Shown here one piece after another: positions 26,937 to 35,128 of a stretch of DNA of 45,315 nucleotides. Made by a program: the position numbers and the translations under genes. The stretch comes from Bacteroidales bacterium (GTDB lineage Bacteria; Bacteroidota; Bacteroidia; Bacteroidales; ML635J-15), in NCBI GenBank assembly GCA_035388205.1, contig DAOOPK010000001.1, forward strand, positions 1-45,315, given 5' to 3'. The notes beneath the pieces were generated by a model. It was not told the origin of the DNA. It did no database searches and was given only the letters and a program-made list of their open reading frames with translations. The stretch's first letter is position 1, and the number at the start of each line of letters is the position of its first letter.

Positions 26937-27875
26937 TTATTTTTGTTTTAATTGGTAAAAGATGCCACGTTCTTGTTTTACTGTTGTGATTTTTCCATCT
27001 GCTTCCAAAACATCAAGGTATTTGTTAATTTCATTAATATGCTTGCCAAGAATTTTAGAAATGTCGTCAACAGTGCAAGGCCTTCTGGAAATGGTCTCAA
27101 GTATTACGTTTTCAGTATCTGTTCGGTATGATTTAATGTTTTTTCGTGTTGGCGAAGCTGCGATAATTATTACGTTGTCAAGCCCCCAAAAATCAACAAT
27201 ATGTTTTAATTCTGTATGACTTGCTCCGCGTATATCTTGCACAGTTCCCGGACGGTCCAGCGTATTTAACTGAACAGAGGATGGGCTTATTTTAAGTATT
27301 AGTTCTTTCAACTTTTTCAGTTCTGATTCTGTATCGTTGTATCCCGGCAAAATAAATATTTCTAGCCATATTTTACCCTTAAACTCCTCACTGAATTTTA
27401 TTAAACCTTCAATATGTTTTTCTATTGTTAGATTTTGAGCTGGACGATTTATTTTATTAAAAACTTCCTTACTGGCTGCGTCGAGAGATGGTAAAACTAC
27501 ATCTGCAAGCATAAGAGATTCCCTTACTTCTGAATCAAAAAGTAATGTTCCGTTTGTTAATACAGCTACCGGAATCTTAGGTTTGATTTGTTTAATGAAT
27601 TTTAGAATTTCACCAATTTTAATATTTAAAACTGGTTCTCCATATCCTGAAAATGTTACAAAGTCAGGATCCGGATTGTTCTTAAAATAATCAATGAGCT
27701 CATTTTTAACCTGTTCAGCTTTTATGTATTCTTTTCTATCTAGTGTAAGTTTTGTTGTTTTCCCTACTTCACAATATACGCAATCAAGTGAGCATACTTT
27801 TTTGGGTATAAGATCAACCCCCAAAGACATTCCGAGTCGGCGTGATGGAACAGGACCAAATAGATATTTGTACAT
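26937..27875 (-). CDS. Radical SAM protein (COG0731-like, FGPVPSRRLG family) with C-terminal winged-helix-like tail
   Basis: 312 aa. FGPVPSRRLGMSLGVDL then CSLDCVYC (CX3CX2C). Only a 1-nt gap to the downstream GH20-like gene. Confidence 0.8.
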   Translation of the reverse strand: MYKYLFGPVPSRRLGMSLGVDLIPKKVCSLDCVYCEVGKTTKLTLDRKEYIKAEQVKNELIDYFKNNPDPDFVTFSGYGEPVLNIKIGEILKFIKQIKPKIPVAVLTNGTLLFDSEVRESLMLADVVLPSLDAASKEVFNKINRPAQNLTIEKHIEGLIKFSEEFKGKIWLEIFILPGYNDTESELKKLKELILKISPSSVQLNTLDRPGTVQDIRGASHTELKHIVDFWGLDNVIIIAASPTRKNIKSYRTDTENVILETISRRPCTVDDISKILGKHINEINKYLDVLEADGKITTVKQERGIFYQLKQK

Positions 27876-27954
27876 TTTAATCGTTTTTTACAAAACTAAT
27901 AATTTAATTTGATTTTGATGAAAATGAAATATACTACAAATTGTGAATAAGTAC

Positions 27955-28539
27955 TTATTGAATCCGAAATACTTCTTTTAATAATTCCGTATATTTAGCA
28001 GCATTAGCTTGTAACTGACCATCTTTCGATTGCGATAGAAAAGATTCTTTGTTGGGGATTAGTATTTGTTGACCGCTCGTTTTTTCGATAAAAGAATCTT
28101 GAGTAAAATAATATTTTCCTTCAAAATCATAAGAAACATCCTTATAATCAACTGTTCCGTCAGGGCTTATAAATACACTTGGGCTGTAATTTTCTGATTC
28201 CTCAACATATATCAGTTTACCTTTTTCAAAATAATAAGTCACTACTGCTATATCAGTAGGGGTGTTGATTCCGTAAACTTCCTCTATCATTACTATTTCC
28301 TCTTTACTAAAAAATCCAGTTAGAGTGCCAAATCCTTCACCAGGTTGATTTATAAACGCAGAATCTAGAAAATCATCTTCTTCTAATACAACAAAAGATA
28401 AATTAGAGTGCTCGTTTATTTCATTTACTATTTTGTTTATACTATCTATAGAATTGTTATTGACTTGTGCATAAATGCTTGAAATTACAAATAATCCTAT
28501 TATTGATAAACACATACTTTTTCTTAAAACAAATTTCAT
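27955..28539 (-). CDS. Hypothetical secreted protein
   Basis: 194 aa with a signal peptide (..SSIYAQV). No motif recognised. Confidence 0.55.
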   Translation of the reverse strand: MKFVLRKSMCLSIIGLFVISSIYAQVNNNSIDSINKIVNEINEHSNLSFVVLEEDDFLDSAFINQPGEGFGTLTGFFSKEEIVMIEEVYGINTPTDIAVVTYYFEKGKLIYVEESENYSPSVFISPDGTVDYKDVSYDFEGKYYFTQDSFIEKTSGQQILIPNKESFLSQSKDGQLQANAAKYTELLKEVFRIQ

Positions 28540-28625
28540 ATATGTAAGTTTTTTAGAGGTTATTTTATTAAAACAGAACTAAATATTTGCAATTCTTCAA
28601 CAAAGATTAAACCCTTTTTATAATA

Positions 28626-29090
28626 TTAAATATTTGGATTAAATGGCAATGATGAATGATGAATATCAATTTTCAAATCTCCATTTACTAATTTATAACC
28701 AAAGGTGTACTCAGCTTTTGTTTCTTCTCCCTTCATGTCCATAAAATAGTAATTACCCATCGCGAAAGCTCTATTTTCGTCCAATATAATATTTGAATTC
28801 TCGAACCTGACCTTAGTCCATGGGTGTATTGCAAAACCATGGTCTTCAGGGTATTTTGAGTTTCCACCAATAAAATAAGATTTTGCTCCTTCCTTATCAG
28901 TTCTAAATTGTACAATTGAAGCTTTTGTTGGTTTAAATAATATAGTACCGATATTAAAGGCATAATATTTATCGATAAATTCACCGATAAATTGCTCACA
29001 CTTATTTCTGTTCGATTTTAGTGTTCCGGTTTTTACTACTCCTTGTCCCCATTCTTCCTGAGCTTTTAAAACTTGTTTTTTGGTAATCAT
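28626..29090 (-). CDS. Hypothetical cytoplasmic protein, possibly NTF2/SnoaL-like fold
   Basis: 154 aa with no signal peptide. N-terminal helix with EEWGQGVV, then beta-rich pattern. The fold assignment is recollection only. Confidence 0.45.
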   Translation of the reverse strand: MITKKQVLKAQEEWGQGVVKTGTLKSNRNKCEQFIGEFIDKYYAFNIGTILFKPTKASIVQFRTDKEGAKSYFIGGNSKYPEDHGFAIHPWTKVRFENSNIILDENRAFAMGNYYFMDMKGEETKAEYTFGYKLVNGDLKIDIHHSSLPFNPNI

Positions 29091-29239
29091 AACAAATGAT
29101 TTTTAATAATTTATAATTTTTGAGAAAGTTTTTTTCGCAGTAAAAATACAAATTTTACATTAGATATTTAATTATGCACTCATCAAATCTTTAATTTATT
29201 TTCAATCTTTTTTTTACCTTTGCCGACAATATTTCAAAA

Positions 29240-30757
29240 ATGAAATTGAATTCATTTATAATATTGATTATTTTAATTGGTTGCTCTGTAAATATCTCGG
29301 CGCAACTGGTTTATTCCGGTCAATTTGTCAAATGTTTGGATAAAAATCTTTGTTCATTGTATTCTAATGATAAAATATATAAGGAGTATTGTCTTGTAAA
29401 TGATGATTCTGACAGTAGATTATCTATTGCAAATAATATAATTCTGATTGGAAGCGAGGAATATACTCAGGGTGAAATTTCTTTGGATTATTATAAAGGA
29501 TTCAACACATTAAATGATAATTCAAAATGCCGCTTAAAATATGCATGGGCTGAGATCAGGAAACAGGTATTTATTTACTGTAAAGAATTAAGCATGCCTG
29601 AAGAACTAGCCTCTTTGCCGGTGGTTATTTCATCAATGAATAAGTTTTACTGCAATGAAACCGGAGCATTTGGACTTTGGGGATTACAGTATGTCCCGGC
29701 AGTTCGTTATGGCATTGTCGCAGATTCAAATTATGATGAGAGACTTGATATGTCAAAAAGCTCTTTTGCTGCTTTGTCATATCTCAATCAACTACACAAA
29801 TCATTTGGCACGTGGGATTACGCAATAACTGCTTATGTATGCGGTCCTGCTATTGTCCGAAAAGCTATGATGAATACAAATGATTTTAACGAAGTTGTTA
29901 AAAACATTAATTCTCCTGATAGATATGTTTTTTATTCATTTATTGCTTGTTTGAAGTGGATGCATGAAAATGAGATTCGTAATCCTACTCAGACATTGTA
30001 TACTGCGAACAAAACTGTTGATACTGTTGTTGTTACTGATAAAATTCACTTCGAACAAATTGCTGGGGTTTTAAATTTGGATTTGAATGAATTGCTAGAT
30101 CTTAACGAACTTTTTGTTGATAAAGTCATTGATGGCAGACTTAAGCCTAAAACCATCTATCTTCCATTAAATTATGGTGAATTATATGACTTGCAAAAGG
30201 ATTCAATTATACATTTTAAAGATAGTATATTTTTCCCAAAATATAAGATTGAAATTGTTGAAGAACCTGTTTATAATTACGGATATAATTCGAACTATGT
30301 AAGTGTAAGTCCCGGAGATGATTTTGAAGAAATCAAATACAGTATTGTAACAGGTGATAATCTGGGTTGCATAGCTGAAAAATATAAAGTAAAGATCTCA
30401 GATTTGCAGGAATGGAATAACATTAGTGGAACTATAATATATGCCGGTCAGGTAATAAGTATTTGGGTAAAAAAAGGGACGGCAGCAAGTTTTAATAAAA
30501 CTGCCCCAATTGACAAGAACAAGAAAAAGGAGAGTTTTAACGATAATGTTAAACTACCCGAACCTGAAAAAAAGTCTTTCGATTCTAAAAATTTTACTCT
30601 GGTTGAAACTTATATTGTTAAATCAGGGGATTCCCCATACAAAATAGCCTTAGCATATTCGTGGGCAACAGCCGAAGATATAATGTTATGGAATAATATT
30701 TCAGATCCTTCAAAATTACAGGTAGGACAAAAATTAAAAATTTATAAAAAGAAATGA
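29240..30757 (+). CDS. MltD-like protein: SLT-like domain lacking the catalytic Glu, plus two C-terminal LysM domains
   Basis: 505 aa with a signal peptide. The segment MPEELASLPVVISSMN...GAFGLWGLQ...YDERLDMSKSSFAALSYL...AITAYVCGP aligns by eye to the MltD LPxELxxLPxVESxF...GxWQ...DxRxD...AAYNxG. Two LysM repeats follow (YSIVTGDNLGCIAEKY... and YIVKSGDSPYKIALAY...). Confidence 0.75.
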   Translation: MKLNSFIILIILIGCSVNISAQLVYSGQFVKCLDKNLCSLYSNDKIYKEYCLVNDDSDSRLSIANNIILIGSEEYTQGEISLDYYKGFNTLNDNSKCRLKYAWAEIRKQVFIYCKELSMPEELASLPVVISSMNKFYCNETGAFGLWGLQYVPAVRYGIVADSNYDERLDMSKSSFAALSYLNQLHKSFGTWDYAITAYVCGPAIVRKAMMNTNDFNEVVKNINSPDRYVFYSFIACLKWMHENEIRNPTQTLYTANKTVDTVVVTDKIHFEQIAGVLNLDLNELLDLNELFVDKVIDGRLKPKTIYLPLNYGELYDLQKDSIIHFKDSIFFPKYKIEIVEEPVYNYGYNSNYVSVSPGDDFEEIKYSIVTGDNLGCIAEKYKVKISDLQEWNNISGTIIYAGQVISIWVKKGTAASFNKTAPIDKNKKKESFNDNVKLPEPEKKSFDSKNFTLVETYIVKSGDSPYKIALAYSWATAEDIMLWNNISDPSKLQVGQKLKIYKKK

Positions 30758-32196
30758 AAGCAAAACACGTATTATATTTCGTGCTGGGAGTGATTTTAAT
30801 TCTTGCAATAATTATGTTGGTATTTCCAAAGGATGGTATAAGAATTAATGATCAGTGGGTTTTCTATTTTCCTACTTTTGAAGAGATGTTTTCCTCCGAT
30901 GAAGATAATCAAGTAGATACTGATTCAATTATTAATAATCAATTCAATATCGATGACATTGATTTTAATGATAGCCTAGCTAATATTGATATTGAAGAGA
31001 TAAAAAAATTGGTTACCCCGCTGGAATTTCCTGAAAATAATGAATTTGCTCTTGATGATTTCTTTGCAAAACTTAATGATATTGAGACAGAGGGAAAAGT
31101 TAGAATTATGCATTATGGAGATTCTCAAATAGAGGGAGACAGGATAAGTGCATTTATTAGAAGCAAACTTCAGGCTAAATTCGGTGGAATGGGAATGGGT
31201 TTGTGTGCCCCTGTTCCGGTTTATTCACAATTCAGTATTCAACAAAGTAGTTCGGCTAATTGGAACAGATACACCGGTTTTGGTTATGGAACTGCTAATT
31301 CAAAGAGCAACAGATTTGGTCCTATGATAGCATTTGCACGTTATGCTCCGGAAACAGATTCTTTATGGAAAAAGCCTTCGTCTAAATATTCGGCATGGAT
31401 AAGTTTTTCGAAATCTGACGTGGGATATTCAAATACTGCTCAATATACAAATGTTTCAATATATTATGGAAATTCAAAAACATCAGTTAAAATAACATTA
31501 AAATCTAACGAAATTGTCCTTGCGACAGATTCTTTAAAAGCGGGACAGGAGTTCTTTGTATATACTTATAAATCAGAAAACTATATTGATAATCTGACTA
31601 TTGAATTTGAAGGATATGACAGTCCTGATGTTTACGCAATATCTTTTGAAGATGAAGCAGGAATTTATGTGGATAATATTGCTTTGAGGGGGAGCAGTGG
31701 TACTGTGTTTACAACGACTGACGGGGCTTTATTGACAGAAGCATTTACTCATATAGGAGTGGATTTATTTATTTTGCAATTTGGCGGAAATTCAGTGCCA
31801 TATATTCTTGATAAAAAGTCTGCCGAACAGTTTGCAAACCATTTTTATTATCAAATATTGTTTCTCAAGCGAATTGTTCCGGATGCCTGTATAATTGTTA
31901 TCGGGCCAAGCGATATGGCTTATAAGGAAAAGGACTATTATATTACATATCCAAACCTTGAAAACATAATAAATGCATTGAGAAATGCAACTCATAAAGC
32001 CGGTGGTGTATATTGGGATATGTACACTGCTATGGGTGGTAAAAACTCTATGAGAGCATGGGTAAATGCAAATCCACAAATGGCAGGTCCTGATTTTATA
32101 CATTTTACTCCTTATGGAACGCAGGTTATATCAAATATGTTTTATAATGCCTTCATTCTTGAATATACCGAATATTGTGAAAGAAATAAGAAATAG
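30754..32196 (+). CDS. SGNH/GDSL-family hydrolase or acyltransferase (membrane-anchored)
   Basis: 480 aa. ATGA start/stop overlap with the upstream gene and an N-terminal TM helix. Block I is HYGDSQIEGD, block III is LQFGGNS, and block V is PDFIHFT (DxxH). Confidence 0.75.
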   Translation: MKAKHVLYFVLGVILILAIIMLVFPKDGIRINDQWVFYFPTFEEMFSSDEDNQVDTDSIINNQFNIDDIDFNDSLANIDIEEIKKLVTPLEFPENNEFALDDFFAKLNDIETEGKVRIMHYGDSQIEGDRISAFIRSKLQAKFGGMGMGLCAPVPVYSQFSIQQSSSANWNRYTGFGYGTANSKSNRFGPMIAFARYAPETDSLWKKPSSKYSAWISFSKSDVGYSNTAQYTNVSIYYGNSKTSVKITLKSNEIVLATDSLKAGQEFFVYTYKSENYIDNLTIEFEGYDSPDVYAISFEDEAGIYVDNIALRGSSGTVFTTTDGALLTEAFTHIGVDLFILQFGGNSVPYILDKKSAEQFANHFYYQILFLKRIVPDACIIVIGPSDMAYKEKDYYITYPNLENIINALRNATHKAGGVYWDMYTAMGGKNSMRAWVNANPQMAGPDFIHFTPYGTQVISNMFYNAFILEYTEYCERNKK

Positions 32197-33460
32197 AACA
32201 TATTTTGCTTTGGTTTTTTCCCTTTGTTTTTTGTCTCAGCAATTTGTTGTAGCTCAGGAAAACAGAATACCCTATTCTTCAAACATCTACGGATATATAA
32301 ATTATGATTCCTGTTTTTTGGAGAATTATGGTAGTAATGCTCAGATGGAAAAGTTCTATGATAAATTGGACAAATTATGTTTCGATGGTGTCGGGCAAAT
32401 ATCCATTTTACATTTGGGTGGTTCTCATATTCAGGCTGGAATATGGTCATGGGAATTACGAAAGAAATTTGAAAGTCTTTGCCCCGGAATGGAAGGCGCT
32501 CCTGGAATGGTTTTCCCGTTTAGTATTGCTGCAACAAATCATCCATATTACTATAAGTCAAGTTTTACTGGAGATTGGGAGATAAGTAAAATTACTGATA
32601 AAGAACCTTCTGAAAAAATCGGTCTGTCAGGAATTACCGCATATACTTATGATTCTGTTGCTGAAATAATAATTTCGTTTACCCCTGCTGCAAATATTGA
32701 AAAACATAAGTTTAATAAAATCAGCATTTTTCACAATGTTGAAGATACTGCCTATTTATTGTCAGTCTCCCCTGAAGAATTTTTGGATTCTTGTATAGAA
32801 AATCTTATCTCCGGCACCTCAGAGTATTATTTTTCAGAGTATCTAGATTCTGTTAAGATCAAAATTGTTAAACAAGATACTTCATTTAGTAAATTCTGTT
32901 TTTATGGTGCATATCTTCAAAATTCTTTGCCGGGAATCAATTATACGGGAATTGGGATTAATGGAGCATCGACACATTCATATCTTAAAGCAGAATCTTT
33001 TAAACAGCATTTAACTTTACTAAATCCCGATTTAGCAATTTTGTCAATTGGAGTTAATGACGCATCAGGACCGGCATTTTCAGAAGATAATTACATCAAA
33101 AATTATTCAAAAATACTCTATATGATAAGAGAGGTAAATCCTGATTGTGCAATAATTTTCACGACAAATAATGATTTCTATTATTACAGGGGTGGTTCAA
33201 ATATGCATTATAACGAAGTATATTCAGGGATGTTAAAAATAGCTGAAAATTATGGGTGTTCTGTATGGAATATGTTTAGAGTTATGGGGGGTCTAAAATC
33301 AATAAATTTGTGGAAAAAAGATAAATTAGCTAATAACGATCGAATTCATTTTACTCGAGATGGATACAGTCTTATTGCAGGTTTGTTTTTTGATGCAATA
33401 CTGAGAGACTATGAAACTCATTTGCTAAAAAATAATGGTAAAAATGATTTAAAAGATTAA
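32177..33460 (+). CDS. SGNH/GDSL-family hydrolase or acyltransferase (secreted)
   Basis: Block I variant LHLGGSHIQ, block III SIGVNDA, block V NDRIHFT. The start is uncertain. GTG 32177 gives a canonical signal peptide (KEIRNRTYFALVFSLCFLSQQFVVAQ). ATG 32147 and ATG 32066 are alternatives that overlap the upstream gene by 50 and 131 nt. Confidence 0.7.
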   Translation: MKEIRNRTYFALVFSLCFLSQQFVVAQENRIPYSSNIYGYINYDSCFLENYGSNAQMEKFYDKLDKLCFDGVGQISILHLGGSHIQAGIWSWELRKKFESLCPGMEGAPGMVFPFSIAATNHPYYYKSSFTGDWEISKITDKEPSEKIGLSGITAYTYDSVAEIIISFTPAANIEKHKFNKISIFHNVEDTAYLLSVSPEEFLDSCIENLISGTSEYYFSEYLDSVKIKIVKQDTSFSKFCFYGAYLQNSLPGINYTGIGINGASTHSYLKAESFKQHLTLLNPDLAILSIGVNDASGPAFSEDNYIKNYSKILYMIREVNPDCAIIFTTNNDFYYYRGGSNMHYNEVYSGMLKIAENYGCSVWNMFRVMGGLKSINLWKKDKLANNDRIHFTRDGYSLIAGLFFDAILRDYETHLLKNNGKNDLKD

Positions 33461-33461
33461 G

Positions 33462-35117
33462 ATGGAATACATTAGTAGCATATTTTCTTACGATCCTGCT
33501 TCCCCGATGATCTTTACAAGATTCTTTTTCTGGGGATTTTTTGCACTTGCATTGTTAGGCTACTCGTTTATGTCCAACAAGATTACATTTAGGACTGTTT
33601 ATTTACTTATTCTGAGCTTGTTTTTCTATTATAAATCCAGTGGCTTTTTCTTCTTTCTGTTAGTATTTAGCACAGCTGTGGATTTTTATTTGGGGAAATG
33701 GATATATAGTTCTCAAAATGATAATAAAAGGAGAATCTTACTGGCTTTAAGTGTATTTATAAACCTTTTATTATTGTCATATTTTAAATATACTTTCTTC
33801 TTTACGGAAGCATTTAATGAAATGTTTGGGACAAGTTTTGTTGCCAAAGATTATCTGTCGGAATTTGCAAATTTACTCACAGGATCTCATTTTGACACTT
33901 CAAAAATATTTTTACCGGTAGGGATATCATTTTTTACGTTTCAAACAATGTCCTATACTTTAGATATTTATAATAGAAAACTTGAGCCTGTAAAAAATAT
34001 TATTGATTTCGGATTTTATGTTTCGTTCTTTCCTCAATTGGTGGCAGGACCTATTGTCAGGGCAAAAGATTTTATTCCTCAAATATATAAGAAGTTTGAG
34101 CTGTCAAGATATGAGTTTGGATTAGCTCTGTTCATGATACTTAAGGGACTGATGAAGAAAATCATGATAGGCGATTACATTGCCGTAAATTTTGTAGACA
34201 GAGTTTTCTCAAATCCTAATATGTACACAGGTTTCGAAAGTCTGATGGCAATGATAGGATATTCTCTTCAGGTTTACGTTGATTTTTCTGGATATACCGA
34301 TATCGCAATTGGAGTAGCATTGCTGATGGGTTTCAGACTTAATCAGAATTTTAATTCCCCTTACAAGGCAAAAAACTGTGGTGAATTCTGGTCGCGCTGG
34401 CATATTTCGTTGTCTTCATGGTTAAAGGATTACCTGTACATTCCCTTAGGTGGGAACAGAAACGCTTCAAAAGGAACCTGGATAAATCTGGCTCTAATAC
34501 TCGGAATCTTTATTCTGTTAGCCTCAAACAAATGGGCAACTATTGCAATTATTGCATTTGCAATTGTTATATTGTTACTGGTCAGGTTTTTACCATCTGC
34601 AAGAAAAAACATTATTGCCAACATCAACCTGATGATAACCATGTTGTTTGGGGGACTTTGGCATGGCTCAAGCTGGAATTTTCTTATCTGGGGTGGATTG
34701 AACGGACTTGGTATTGTAGTCTATAAATACTGGCGAAAAATAAGTCCATGGGAGAAATACAACAATGTTATTGCAACTATTTGGAAAATTGCACTGACGT
34801 TTGGATTTATCACTTTAACTAGGGTTTTCTTCAGAGCTCCTGATATTATAACAGCAAAAACGATGTTGTTCAGAATTGTAAATAATTTTAGTTATGAATT
34901 TATCCCAAAGATAATGTCTGCATATTATAAAGTCTGGTTAATGATGTTGTTCGGATTTATAACACATTGGCTAAGTTATAGTTTTAAAGACAAGTGGCGA
35001 GATAAATTTATTAAAATGCCTCACTGGTCTCAAGCAATTGTTTCAGCAGTTATTATATTTATTATTTATCAGTCAATTTGTGCTGATATGCAGGCATTTA
35101 TTTATTTCCAATTCTAG
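33462..35117 (+). CDS. MBOAT-family membrane-bound O-acyltransferase (AlgI/DltB/PatA-like)
   Basis: 551 aa, polytopic. ISFFTFQTMSYTLD, FPQLVAGPIVRA and the catalytic His region FWSRWHISLSSWLKDYLYIPLGGNR. Confidence 0.9.
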   Translation: MEYISSIFSYDPASPMIFTRFFFWGFFALALLGYSFMSNKITFRTVYLLILSLFFYYKSSGFFFFLLVFSTAVDFYLGKWIYSSQNDNKRRILLALSVFINLLLLSYFKYTFFFTEAFNEMFGTSFVAKDYLSEFANLLTGSHFDTSKIFLPVGISFFTFQTMSYTLDIYNRKLEPVKNIIDFGFYVSFFPQLVAGPIVRAKDFIPQIYKKFELSRYEFGLALFMILKGLMKKIMIGDYIAVNFVDRVFSNPNMYTGFESLMAMIGYSLQVYVDFSGYTDIAIGVALLMGFRLNQNFNSPYKAKNCGEFWSRWHISLSSWLKDYLYIPLGGNRNASKGTWINLALILGIFILLASNKWATIAIIAFAIVILLLVRFLPSARKNIIANINLMITMLFGGLWHGSSWNFLIWGGLNGLGIVVYKYWRKISPWEKYNNVIATIWKIALTFGFITLTRVFFRAPDIITAKTMLFRIVNNFSYEFIPKIMSAYYKVWLMMLFGFITHWLSYSFKDKWRDKFIKMPHWSQAIVSAVIIFIIYQSICADMQAFIYFQF

Positions 35118-35128
35118 ATTTAGTGGAT

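Noticed and set aside
32066-32176. Long N-terminal extension of the second SGNH gene, as printed in the track
   Set aside because: It would overlap the upstream gene by 131 nt and place about 40 non-signal residues before an otherwise canonical signal peptide. A start at GTG 32177 or ATG 32147 is more plausible.
35118-35128. Regulatory significance of the 11-nt gap between the convergent MBOAT and T9SS genes
   Set aside because: It is noted only as tight packing. There is no structure or motif in the 11 nt, and convergent read-through cannot be judged from sequence.
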